Assembly (NCBI GenBank): GCA_963805725.1
Contig: CAWDVJ010000002.1
Span: 3,545 to 67,544 of the forward strand
Reading direction: 5' to 3'
Length of the DNA stretch: 64,000 nucleotides
Source: an uncultured Gemmatimonadales bacterium
Lineage (GTDB): Bacteria > Gemmatimonadota > Gemmatimonadetes > Gemmatimonadales > Gemmatimonadaceae
Made by a program: the position numbers and the translations under genes. Under the pieces are notes generated by a model. That model saw only the letters and a list, made by a program, of their open reading frames with translations, had not been told where the DNA came from and did not search any database. Shown piece after piece: positions 40,830 to 51,072 of the stretch; positions within the stretch are counted from its first letter, which is position 1; each line of letters opens with the position of its first letter.

Positions 40830-41524
40830 CGACAGCAACTCTCGGCGGCGGGCGTATTGCTTCGCAGCTTCGCCGCTGGCTGAACTTGTTGTGCCCGGCT
40901 GCGCTGCCTTCGCTGTGGGCGCGAGACGGAGAAGCGAAAAGCTTGTAACGCAGAGAGTAGGTCGGTTTCTCGCCCTGCAGCGCGGGTGATGATCATTACG
41001 ACGATGCCAGCATTGGGCCTCACCACGGTGCTCACCTCCGTTGTGAACAACGTGTGGGCCGTGTAGGCGCCTGAATGGGTCGCCGTTAGCGGCACTTCGC
41101 GTCCGAGCCAGCGCGCGGCGCAGCGCCGCGAGTGCCCAATGGGCTTTCCCATCTCCAGATACCCACGGCCGAACGCGAGGCCCTGAAGCGCCTGCCGCCC
41201 CAGCACTGTGACATAGGACGAATCCGGTCCGAACCAGGCCGGCTCCTTCGAGTTGGGCGACGAACTCTGAGTGGGTCGGAACCCCGTTGGCAGCGCGATG
41301 GTTCCGTCGAGTGAGTCCACATGCCACGGCTGGTCCGCAAGTCCGGGCGCAACGGTTGTGGGGAGCGGTGGTAGGCATGGCGGAAATGATCGGGCCACGC
41401 CGGTCCACTCCTCAGGCGTAATGATGTAAGCGGCGGAATCTGGCGCAGTCTGGCCTTTCGCCTGCATGGCAATCAGGGCCGAGATCGCTCCAGCGAGTCG
41501 CAGTCTTCTCAACTGTGTCGGCAC
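40830..41524 (-). CDS. hypothetical secreted protein
   Basis: Signal-like MPTQLRRLRLAGAISALIAMQAKGQ. No family recognised. The ORF track reads it in frame into the RraB-like gene, so the 3' end is uncertain. Confidence 0.5.
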
Positions 41525-41568
41525 AAGCGCTCACCGCGGGCTGGCAAAGAACATCGCTCAATCAGTGA

Positions 41569-41907
41569 TCAGGGAAGCCGGTTCGCCACGAAACGATACA
41601 AACGTACGATCCACGGCGGCATTCCAGCGTTGGACATTGAATCCACTAAGCGTCGTGCCGTTGCGCCCCGTCCCCACCATGGCGTTTTGAGCGCATCACG
41701 CTTCCTCGTCTCCCATGCTCGGCGTTGCTCCTCGTCGAAATGAGGCAGGAGTCGCACGAACGCAATCTCTTCTTCGACGCACCAATGCTCCATGCGCGGC
41801 AGCCTCCGCGCAGTGGCGGGTATCCCTCTAGTGGCAAATCGTGTGTGCGTCAGCTCGTGCACGATTGCGCTGGCTAGGCCAGCGTTGCTTTGTTGCTCAA
41901 GGGGCAC
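41569..41907 (-). CDS. small HExxH-motif protein (putative metallopeptidase-like), hypothetical
   Basis: GTG 41907, 9 nt after the cysK stop. LASAIVHELTHTRF, then CVEEEIAFVRLLPHFDEEQRRAWETRK. The long N-terminal part of ORF 41569..42114 overlaps cysK and is discounted. Confidence 0.4.
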   Translation of the reverse strand: MPLEQQSNAGLASAIVHELTHTRFATRGIPATARRLPRMEHWCVEEEIAFVRLLPHFDEEQRRAWETRKRDALKTPWWGRGATARRLVDSMSNAGMPPWIVRLYRFVANRLP

Positions 41908-41915
41908 TCGAGGCG

Positions 41916-42890
41916 TTACCCCTCGTTCTCGTATAGCGCCGTCGTCAGGTACCGGGCGCCGCTGTCGGGTGCGATGCACGCCACGCGGGCATCTGGGCCC
42001 AGTTCCCGAGCGACGTCGAGCGCAGCCCAGACGATAGCGCCGCTCGACATGCCGACGAAGAGCCCCTCCTCTTTCGCGAGCCGCCGAGCGATTGGAAAGG
42101 CGTCCTCCTCCCACGCCCGCACAATTCGATTGACGACCGAGCGGTCGAAGTTGGCTGGCACGAACCCCGGCCCCATGCCCTGAAACTGATGCTGGCCACG
42201 TGCGCCGCCCGAAAGCACGGGGGAGCGTGCCGGCTCGACGGCGACCACGAGGGTGTCGGGCCGCCGTTCCTTCAGGTACCGTCCGACCCCGCTTATCGTC
42301 CCGCCGGTGCCGGAGCCATAGACGAATGCGTCAATACGGCCGTTCATTCGCGCCCATAGTTCCGGCGCCGTGGTCTCGTAATGAATGCGCGGATTTGCGG
42401 GATTGCCGAACTGGTCGGGCATCCACGCGCCCGTTGCGTCGCGAATTCTCTCTGCCTCTTCGATCGCCGCCAGCATACGCCGCTCGGGATCCGTCGGCAC
42501 GATCTCGGCGCCGTAGGCCCGCACCGTGCGTTTTCGCTCGTCGCTCATTGACGACGGCATGGCGAGAATCAACCGATAACCCCGCGCCGCCGCGACTTGC
42601 GCCAGACCGATACCGGTGTTGCCTGACGTGGGCTCGACGATCAGCCCGCCGGGCCTCAGCACGCCGCGCACTTCGGCGTCGAGAATCATTCCAAGCGCCG
42701 TCCGATCCTTGATCGATCCACCGGGATTCAAGCCTTCGAGCTTGACCCAGATTTCGCCCATCTGCGGCTCGACGATGTGCCGGAGGCGCACCATTGGTGT
42801 ATGACCGATCGCATTGTCAATCCGCGACGATGCGTCGCGAGGCTCCACAAGCAGGGGCGCGATTGCGCTCATTACCCATTGAACCGGCAC
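41916..42890 (-). CDS. cysK: cysteine synthase A (O-acetylserine sulfhydrylase)
   Basis: GLNPGGSIKDRTALGMI (PLP Lys), EPTSGNTGIGLA, GTGGTISG. ATG 42872 is an alternative start. Confidence 0.92.
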   Translation of the reverse strand: MPVQWVMSAIAPLLVEPRDASSRIDNAIGHTPMVRLRHIVEPQMGEIWVKLEGLNPGGSIKDRTALGMILDAEVRGVLRPGGLIVEPTSGNTGIGLAQVAAARGYRLILAMPSSMSDERKRTVRAYGAEIVPTDPERRMLAAIEEAERIRDATGAWMPDQFGNPANPRIHYETTAPELWARMNGRIDAFVYGSGTGGTISGVGRYLKERRPDTLVVAVEPARSPVLSGGARGQHQFQGMGPGFVPANFDRSVVNRIVRAWEEDAFPIARRLAKEEGLFVGMSSGAIVWAALDVARELGPDARVACIAPDSGARYLTTALYENEG

Positions 42891-42999
42891 GCACGGCTTC
42901 GAGTTCCGCGATGGATCTGGGGCGGCGGGCCCCAGGGACGGCGGTCGAGTTTGCCGCGGGCGACTTCCCTGGAGATTGGCAAAGCACCTCTCCGCGGGC

Positions 43000-44208
43000 T
43001 CAGTTCGTTTCTAGGGCCTCCTTCCCCGGCAATTTCGGGAACGGCGCGTGCGGCTCGTCCTGATACCAGTAGGCCACCGAGGCAATGTCATCCCTCAGCG
43101 GCAGATATCCTCCTGTATCCCGCCAACCGAGTGCCTGTATGGTGACGCGCAGATCCGAATTGAAGCGAACGGGGTCGGCAATGTGCCAACGGTACAACCC
43201 AAACCGCTGCTGTGATTGATATAAACCGTCCGGCTTGATGACTTGCACGAGACCCGAGTACGGGCTCGTAAACTCCTCGTACTGCTTCGTCTCACTGTTC
43301 TCGAAGTCGTACGAACCGTTGAAGTAGTCCTCGGTGCCGGTCCCATTGATCGTTGGGAAGTTCTGGTCCCCGTCGATGTAGAACTTGATCTCGCCCTCGC
43401 CCCACCACCCATTGTTGTGCACGCCCCACGCCATGTAGGTGCCGACGTAGTGACCCTTGCCTTTGACTCCATCGAGGATCGTGTAGACCTGCTTGTACGG
43501 CAGCGGATTCACTCGGCGAAACTGCGCGTGGAAGTAGGCAGCGTCCGTGGGCACAGGTGCGAGTGCGTAGTCAATCTGATAGTACAGCTCCATGGGTTTA
43601 CTATCGAGATTCTCGATCGTGATTCTCGCCTTACGCCTGAACGGCAGCGGCCAATACGCGTTGAATGCGCTCCCCGGATTCACGCACACAGCCAGCGACG
43701 ACACCCGTGCGTACTTACCCCAGCCCATCGCGAAGAAGTCACCCACCGGGACCTCCACCGAGGGCTCGTGCTCGTCGTCCCAATACATCCGCAGAATCGA
43801 GAGGCGCCAATTCCCGGTTGGAGTCATCCAAATGTGTTGGATCGCCCCAGAGCCAGTGATCTCCGCGAGCGTGTACGTCGTGCCCGCCCCGATCTTGACG
43901 GACGGGCTGATCTTCCACCCCGGACCCAAGTCACGAGCCATGCTTGCGCCCGTCCCCTCGGTCGCCATGCCACCCTTGCCCTTCTCACCAGTCGGATTCT
44001 CCGGGCTGATGGAAAATGTCCGCGCAGTCGATAGGCGATACAGATTGCCGAGATGAGTATCGAGGCCGTCATACGAGCCATTCTGAGCCAAAACGGCGCG
44101 CGGCCCGCACACCAGGAATGCGGCGGCTACAAGTCTAATGGTTGACAGCACTGCGGCTCCCTCAATGTTTGGGTGCACCGAAACGACCGAGAATCGACGT
44201 TCAGACAT
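43000..44208 (-). CDS. DUF2961 / glycoside hydrolase family 172 protein, secreted
   Basis: 402 aa. ISPENPTGEKGKGG, IQHIWMT, LRMYWDDE, WWGEGEIKFYIDGD, GTGTEDYF. Confidence 0.85.
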   Translation of the reverse strand: MSERRFSVVSVHPNIEGAAVLSTIRLVAAAFLVCGPRAVLAQNGSYDGLDTHLGNLYRLSTARTFSISPENPTGEKGKGGMATEGTGASMARDLGPGWKISPSVKIGAGTTYTLAEITGSGAIQHIWMTPTGNWRLSILRMYWDDEHEPSVEVPVGDFFAMGWGKYARVSSLAVCVNPGSAFNAYWPLPFRRKARITIENLDSKPMELYYQIDYALAPVPTDAAYFHAQFRRVNPLPYKQVYTILDGVKGKGHYVGTYMAWGVHNNGWWGEGEIKFYIDGDQNFPTINGTGTEDYFNGSYDFENSETKQYEEFTSPYSGLVQVIKPDGLYQSQQRFGLYRWHIADPVRFNSDLRVTIQALGWRDTGGYLPLRDDIASVAYWYQDEPHAPFPKLPGKEALETN

Positions 44209-44353
44209 ATCAGGATCTGTTTAGTCAATTTCGCGAACTGTACTTCGCATTCGGGAAGGCGCGATGGGCGACGCTGTGACTACAACGACTCCGTGACGTG
44301 GGCGTGCCGCAAAAAAGAGCCGTCGGAAGTCAGACATCGGTAACCCGTCCCCG

Positions 44354-47189
44354 TTATCCGCGACGGTGTGTTGTGATGCCCAGCTCGACGCTGATCTCAG
44401 TCCCTGCCGTAAGAACCACGGGACTGCTGAACTCCACGTGCACATCGGCGCCATCGACCACAGCGGTGTGACCGGTGATCGGCCGTCCATTTGGGCCGGT
44501 CATTCGCGTCGTGGCGACGACTGAGCCCTGCGCGACGTTGACGATCAGCCGGCGGAATGGGAACCTCGCCATGTCGCGCGGCGACGCGGAACGTGACTGA
44601 CCCGTCGTCTGCCGTTCGGGTCAGAGTGCCCCAACCTGATCCGGCGGCAAAAAAGCAGCGGAAGTTGCCGGCATTGACCTTCGGGGCAAAGGTCAGCGTC
44701 TGGTCGATCGCCGAGTACCGGTAGCCAGCAAGCGCGGACAGGACGGACCAGCTTGCAAGCGCGCGGGCGTAGTGGTGGCCGCACTCGACCTCGTTCCACG
44801 GATTCCGGCGCGCGCCGTCGTAGCGGTCCACCACACCTTTGACGATGGCCAGCCCTTCCTCGACGAGACCCTCGTAGATCATGTGGGCGGCGACCTGGAA
44901 CTCGACGCCGGTCCATACTTCATCGGAGTACGGGAACGGCAGGGCGGGGCGACCGCCCTTGGGCCACGTGCAGAGGACGAGTCCCTTTTCGTCGTTGAGG
45001 GCGAAGATGCGCTGCGTGTTGGGGTGATCGTAGAAGCTGGTGCGGAAGTTGTAGCGGTAGATAGCCTGTAGCGCCTGGCGGATGCGTTCGTGCGACCACC
45101 CTGGATCCAGCCCTACGACCGTCGCCATCCACGCGCCAAGCAGTTGGTCGGAGAGACAGCCCTCGCCAAACTGATAGCGAACCTGCCCGTTCTGGATAGC
45201 CGACGCGTGCCAACTGGCGTCGGCGTACTTCGTCATGGGATGGATCTGGTCGCTTGCTGGCACCTTTTGGATGTAGAACTCGCCGTTCCACAGCTGCTCG
45301 AGATTGGCGACCCCGCGCTCGCGCACCTGCCGATACGTGGCGGCAGCATCGGCATCGCCCACTGCGGTCGCCATGAGCTCCGCTGCCCGCAGCGCGCCCT
45401 GATACAGGGTGCTCATCATCGAATTCGGGCCGTAGAACTCGACGTCGTACGTGTTGTGTTGCTCCCCTTCGAAGAGGCCGTCCCGGTCGGCATCCCAGTG
45501 CGTCCAGGCGAATTCGAGGGCGCGTTTGGCGGCGGGCCAGAGCTGCTTCAGGAGTTCGTCGTCGCCCGAGAGCTGCCACTCGCGATAGAGCTTGATAATC
45601 GTGCCCGTCTGGCCGTCAGCGGCGGGGCGGAAGTCCCACTGCGCCCGCCCAACTGGGATCAGTGTGCGGAAGGCCATGCTGTCGTCGGCGCGCATGTTGG
45701 ACAGGAAGTCGGTGCGGCGCATCGAGCGCTCCAGCTCGGGGTAGAGAGCGGCGAGCGCTTGCTCGTAGTTCCAGACGTGGGTGCAGTTCATCGGGCAGCA
45801 CCCGGCGTTGTCGTCGCACCCCTCGAAGGCGAAGAACTGCTTGCCCTCGAGCAGCATGCAGGTGTTGGTGCGGATGATGGCGGCCTGGCTGGATACGGCT
45901 TCCAGCACGTACCCGGGGAGCGTCGCGGAGTAGAACCCGTCGCTGAAATCTCGGGTCTTCTTCTCGAGCTCCGGCAGACGTGCGACGGTGTGACGTGCGA
46001 CCTGCCACGCGCTCTGGAATCGCGTGCCATAGTAGTTGCGAAGATGCTGTCCTTTGACCTCCTTCTGGTCGTTCCAGTAGTTCTCGCGGACCGGGAAGGA
46101 CCAGGCGAGGACGAACGTCACCGACTGTGATTGCCCTGGCGCGAGCTGCAGTCGCGGCGCGAGCGTCGCATACGTCGAGCGGCCGTCGGCAGACGGTGAC
46201 GGGGGCACGACGTCGTGCAGCGCCCCGCTCTGGGCGAACTCGTCGTACCATTTCTGGTATGCGTCCCACCAATCACCCACATCCGCCCACGCGGTCGTCG
46301 CGGTCACGTCTGGACTCGTCGTGATGAGCGCCATCGAGCCGCCGCCCACATCCTCGGGTCCGTACTTGGCTGACGTCATATCTAGCCCTTGTACCCGCAC
46401 ACCTTCGGCGTTTTCCGTTCGGAAGGTGTTCAGGTTCTGGCCGAATCCGGGGTGCTGCGGGCCTGCGAGGTCAGCCTTCCCGTCGTAGCCGACTGCGTTG
46501 AGCAACGAAAACGCCAGTGCCAGTTCGACCGGCTTCGCGCTGCGCGAGCGCACGTGGTAGCGAAGGATCGCCACCGGCAGGCTCGAGTCATCGACATCGA
46601 GTGGGACGAAGGGATTGAACGCGTCGAGTGAGAGCTCGACCGGCAGCGACTCGTCCTCGAACGCGATCGTCGCAAAGGGATAGGCACCGGTGAAGCGCGC
46701 GGCGCGGAACCGCGGCAACCCTTCGGCGGACTCCCGGTGTCCGCCCTCTTGGCCGCGGAAGGGAGCGGCGAGCGGGCCTTCGACTACTCGCACAGCGGAG
46801 TGAGCCCCTTCGCTGCGCACCCAGAGCGCGACGAAGCTGAACGGGAGGATCTTTCCCTTGCCAGGTCGGTTGAAGATCTCCCAGTCCCTGAGCTGACCGC
46901 GGCCGCCGAGCGACACGGTACCCGTGCCAATGCCACCTAGGGGGAAGGCAACCTCGCTGAGGTGGTCGCCGGTGAGAACGCGCGGCTTCCGCGTCTGGTA
47001 CAGATCCTGTGGAGAGCAGGGGATGATGGATCCGGCCGCCGAACGAAACGCGTTCGGCTCCCGAGGCGCCTGCGCCTCGAGCGCTTGCGCGAGGGTCGAC
47101 GCGCCAATGGCGGCCGAGGACGTGGAGACGAGAAAGTCTCGACGATTGATGTTCTTGTCGACGGGGCTATCAGAGTCGGTCGGCATCAT
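44354..47189 (-). CDS. GH116 family (GBA2-type beta-glucosidase/glucosylceramidase-like), Tat signal; 1 frame change
   Basis: NRRDFLVSTSSAAIGAS signal. GGIGTGTVSLGGRGQLRDWEIFNRPGK N-domain. The last ~70 aa (FRRLIVNVAQGS...ISVELGITTHRRG-stop) are in the frame of 44354..44572, after an apparent extra C in gaggttcccattcc at ~44565. Confidence 0.85.
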
Positions 47190-48367
47190 GGCGCTGTGCT
47201 GAATCGCCTGTGTCGGCGGGGGTGCGGCGAATCATCGGAGGTCGAGGAAGAGGTTGCGTCGTCGCGACGTGAGCGGGGCGCTTGGGGGGCGCGGGCGCAA
47301 ACGACTCCAAGTCGAGCGTCTTGGCGCGCACGCCCAAGTAGTGGGTCGCCGAATCCAGGGCGTGCTCCGCGATTCGGCGAAGTGTGTCCGGCGACGTAGC
47401 GACCCGCGCATTGATGATGGCGGACGCCTCGCGGACCGGGGCGAGCGAGGCGTCATGATCCCATCGCGGGCGCGCATCGTTGGTCGTAAGAGCGATTCGA
47501 TTGCTGCCGTGTGCGGTGGCGAGCAGGATCTTGACGTGAGCGATGGCGGCGTCGACCTCCGCGCACGCGGCCCGAAACGCCTCGATCATCGTTTCGCCCA
47601 GCCGAGCTGGAGAAAACTCCTTCTTCGAGACGAGATCTACGGTGGCGTTGAGCCATCCGAGCGAGGCCTCGGCGCGGCCGTAGATGTCGTAGTCGATATC
47701 GAGCGCGCGGTCGTTACGAGAGGATGTGTTGAGGAGCTGGCTCACCCACTCGTCTACCCCCGCGCCGGTCGTGGCGCTCATCGCTTTGACGGGGACACCG
47801 TCGATCCATTGCCGGAGATGCGACGTGAGGTGGTCGAGACTCCGACGCGTCGAGCAGGTCGTTCTTGCTCAGGATGATGAGCTCCGCTTCTCGCATTTGT
47901 CGTTCGAAGAGGTAGCGGACGCTGTCGTCGAACGGTCCGGCGGAGCGGAGAAGCTGTCGCAGGCGTGCTGGCTCGACGAAGATGGAAAGGGGTGCGAGGG
48001 AGAAGGCCGCCGCATGGAAGCGTTTGATCGGCGCATAGACCGTGGCCGCCAGGTCAGTGCAGCTGCCGACGGCTTCGGCAAGGATCACGTCCGGCAGGTG
48101 CTGCTCCACCAGCTGCGATGCGCTGGCGATGAACTCCGCGAACCGGCAACAGAAGCATCCGTGGGTGATCTCGGTCACGTCGAGACCGAGGTCGCGTACG
48201 ACAGTGGTGTCGACGAGGTGAGAGCCCTGGTCGTTGGTGATGACACCGACGCGAATACCTCGCGTCATCAGCTCGCGCGCCGCAGCGATAAGTGCCGTCG
48301 TCTTTCCGGCGCCAAGGAAGCCGCCAATACACGCGAGTCGCACCATGGGATGTCGAATTTGCCGCAT
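47170..48367 (-). CDS. G3E-family P-loop GTPase (CobW/HypB/UreG-type nucleotide-binding domain); 1 frame change
   Basis: Walker A GGFLGAGKTT, ITNDQG, GCFCC, LSKNDL. The C-terminal half (MSATTGAGVDEWVSQLL...) is in the frame of 47170..47781, with a frame change near 47830. The stop overlaps the GH116 start by 20 nt. Confidence 0.75.
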
Positions 48368-48572
48368 CGGCTCAGTTCTGCAAGGCGGGACCACTATGCG
48401 TTCGCCATCGTGAGGCTGAACAGACATTCGCAGGGGCGGTCCACGAAAGCCGACGTGCCGTCGAGCAGTTGATGACGGCTTGAGGGCGGCTCCGCGTTGA
48501 CAGTCGCGGCCGGGCGGTCTTCGGATAACTCGTGGTCCGGAAATCGCTCCGCTCTATCGGCCGTGTGATCGC

Positions 48573-48605
48573 GAAGACGAGGAGTTTCTCGAACGCAAGT
48601 GGCAT
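48573..48605 (-). pseudogene. 11-codon stub of a four-helix-bundle (23S rRNA IVS-type) protein gene
   Basis: MPLAFEKLLVF matches the N-terminus of the stub at 56037. Similarity stops after it. Confidence 0.55.
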
Positions 48606-48632
48606 TCGCCGAATCTCGGCCCGTGCCTCACC

Positions 48633-48790
48633 GAGCGTCAATGCAGAAAGTAGAAAGGAGAAAGTAGTCCGAGTAGCACGGCCCCGAGGCGCTCACTGCC
48701 ATCGGGGCCGTTGGTTGCTGTGCGTCTACTTTCTACTTTCTGTTTCGCTACTCTCTATTTTTGGCCGCTCCGCGGCCAAAAATGGGCCTG
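48633..48790 (-). repeat. nested-hairpin repeat family, copy 1
   Basis: agcgtcaatgcagaaagtagaaaggagaaagtag...ACGGCCCCGA-14 nt-TCGGGGCCGT...gtctactttctactttctgtttcgctactctctaTTTTTGGCCGCtccGCGGCCAAAAAtgggcctg. Confidence 0.9.
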
Positions 48791-48851
48791 CGTAATGACC
48801 TGCTCTTCCTGACCGACCGCGACTGGTCGCACGTCGCCGCGCGATGCTCAC

Positions 48852-50792
48852 CTACTTGATGCACAGCACCCCGCGATAAATCTCGCTTTGTGATGGCGAG
48901 CGGGTAGTCATCGGCACCAGTGTATACCCGGGATGCGGGTCGAGGGCCAGGGTGACCGACACCGGGCGGAGGACCTCGTGGTGAACCACCGTGAAGACGA
49001 CCCCGTCGCCTGGGTGATGAGCGCTCAGCGTATGCTCAATGCCGGACCGGTCGAGAGCGTGGTCGTCCAGCGCGACCACAATGTCGCCGCGATCGAGACC
49101 GTCTCGCTCCGCTGGACTCCCAGGGATGATGTTGCTGACGACCGTCTGCCCATCGCGCATCGTTGCCAGCACAAGCCCAGACCAGCCCCCAGACGAGGAG
49201 AGCCGGTTCACGTCGATCCCGGCGTACCCGAAATCGCGCTCGTACGGCAGAGGATCCTTGCCGAAAAGGTAGCGGCGGAAAAAGTCGCTCATGTCTGTAC
49301 CGGCGACCTCGGACGCGACGCGGACCACGTCCTTCTCCTCGAACCCGGGCTTGGGCAGCGCGTAGCCCTCGTACATCGCGCGCATCCAATCGTCCAGCGA
49401 CTTCTGGTTGTTGGTGTGCTGGCGAATCTCGAGGTCCAGCAGCACACCCAGCGCCTCCCCTGCGTCGTAGTACGAGTAGTTGGTATTGATGATGTTGGTG
49501 GGGATGAGATTGGTCACGCCTTGGAGCGCGCTGCCGCCAATGTACCCGAACCACGTATCCCAGCTGGCATCGGCAATGCTGCGTTCGACGCGCCCGGGCA
49601 TCGCATCCACTGTGCTGATCAGTCGACTCACATGGCCCAGGTACCGCTGCGGCGTCCAAAAGCCGGCGCGGAGCGCCGCGACCAATGTGTAGTACTGCGT
49701 CAAACCTTCGGCGATCCACAGGGATGGCGTATGGACCATCTGGGCGTAGTCGAACGGGCCCAGGGACCGGGGCCGGAGTCGTTTCACGTTCCAGGCATGG
49801 AACAGCTCATGCACCGCCGTGAGCACCTTGCCGTCGTACACGTTGATCATGTCACCGCGCGTCGTCGGCGTGCTGTCTCCCCAGTCGCTCGTGTAGTTGA
49901 GCTTCGTGGAATTCAGGTGCTCGGTGCCGCCGGCGAGACCGGTTTCATGCACGACGTGGATGAGGAACCAGTACTCGGCAAACGGAGCGGGGCGCGGGCC
50001 TCCGACCGCCGGCGCCAGGATGGGGACGAGTCCATCTTCGACAATGTGCTGCACGTCCCTGGTGAACTGCGTGTAGTCTTGCTTGTCCATCTCGTCATGG
50101 ACGACGAAGTGGTACGTCGTGCCGAGGACGGTGACGTCTTTCTCCGTGAACGGCGCGATCTCGATCGGACAGTCGGCAAACCAGTCGTAATCGGCGGCGC
50201 GGAATCCCGTCGGCCCGGTCTTCTCGAGTCCCGTGGCTGTCTTCCAGTCCGCGGGGAGCCGTGAGGTATCGATCGTGAGGGTGATCGGCCGCTCCTTGGC
50301 GCCGACTTGATACATCCAGAGGTCCGGGCCGTTTATGGCCACGTGGCGATCGTCGTATTGGACCGTGGCGAGCCAATTCGCATACACCTGATATCGAATG
50401 ATCGCCGCGGTCGCGCCGTTGAGGTCTATTTCCCAGCTTTGGGCATCGGTCTTGTGCCAGGAGAGCGCGCGGCCCGCGCTATCGGTAGCGCGAAAGTCCT
50501 GGACTTCCGCGGCGAAATTGCGCACCACGTAGGAGCCGGGAGACCAGACGGCCATCGAGAAGAGCACCACCCTCCCGGCGAGTCCGCTGGTGTGAATGGT
50601 CACGTCCAAGAGGTGTGTGTTCCATCGCTCGAAACCGAGCTCGTAGCGGAGCGGCGTCGCCGCGGAGCAGATGGCAGCCGCAAAGGGGATGAGCGTGACA
50701 CCCCGGACGATCCTAGCGACATAGCGCATCATCCCTCCACCCATTCTGGTCGAGCGAAACGCAGAACAATGGATCCCCATCCTCGAATCCAC
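48852..50792 (-). CDS. M61 family glycyl aminopeptidase with PDZ domain (paralog)
   Basis: HELFHAWNVKRLRP. PDZ-like GLDRGDIVVALDD. The likely true start is MMRYVARIV at 50732. Confidence 0.9.
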   Translation of the reverse strand: MDSRMGIHCSAFRSTRMGGGMMRYVARIVRGVTLIPFAAAICSAATPLRYELGFERWNTHLLDVTIHTSGLAGRVVLFSMAVWSPGSYVVRNFAAEVQDFRATDSAGRALSWHKTDAQSWEIDLNGATAAIIRYQVYANWLATVQYDDRHVAINGPDLWMYQVGAKERPITLTIDTSRLPADWKTATGLEKTGPTGFRAADYDWFADCPIEIAPFTEKDVTVLGTTYHFVVHDEMDKQDYTQFTRDVQHIVEDGLVPILAPAVGGPRPAPFAEYWFLIHVVHETGLAGGTEHLNSTKLNYTSDWGDSTPTTRGDMINVYDGKVLTAVHELFHAWNVKRLRPRSLGPFDYAQMVHTPSLWIAEGLTQYYTLVAALRAGFWTPQRYLGHVSRLISTVDAMPGRVERSIADASWDTWFGYIGGSALQGVTNLIPTNIINTNYSYYDAGEALGVLLDLEIRQHTNNQKSLDDWMRAMYEGYALPKPGFEEKDVVRVASEVAGTDMSDFFRRYLFGKDPLPYERDFGYAGIDVNRLSSSGGWSGLVLATMRDGQTVVSNIIPGSPAERDGLDRGDIVVALDDHALDRSGIEHTLSAHHPGDGVVFTVVHHEVLRPVSVTLALDPHPGYTLVPMTTRSPSQSEIYRGVLCIK

Positions 50793-50799
50793 AAGCCAA

Positions 50800-51072
50800 T
50801 GCGGCTTCGGCTACACGGCGACCATCAAGCAGACCATCGCCACTCTCGATCCCACCGTGCCGATCTCGGACGTCAAGACGGATGGCGGCGCGCGTGAACG
50901 AGTCGATCGGTACGACACGGTTCTCGACCCGACTTGCCTCGATCTTTGCGGTAGTCGCGCCGGGACTGGTGCGGTTGGGGTGCACAGCGTGCTGGGGTAC
51001 ATTGTGAGCCGGCGGCGGCGAGAAATCGCGGTACGGGTTGCGCTCGGACGCGAATCCGCATTCGACCGGCTA
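50800..51072 (+). pseudogene. 3' remnant of an FtsX/MacB-type ABC transporter permease gene
   Basis: TIKQTIATLDPTVPISDVKT, then (frame-shifted) AARVNESIGTTRFSTRLASIFAVV, then AVGVHSVLGYIVSRRRREIAVRVALG. This is the last extracytoplasmic loop and TM helices of FtsX-domain permeases. No upstream part exists, and it is cut by the 51070 gene. Confidence 0.6.

Noticed and set aside
45090-46272. ORFs 45090..46130 (+) and 45616..46272 (-, off-frame) inside GH116
   Set aside because: These are shadow or off-frame ORFs of an uninterrupted 930-aa GH116 reading frame.
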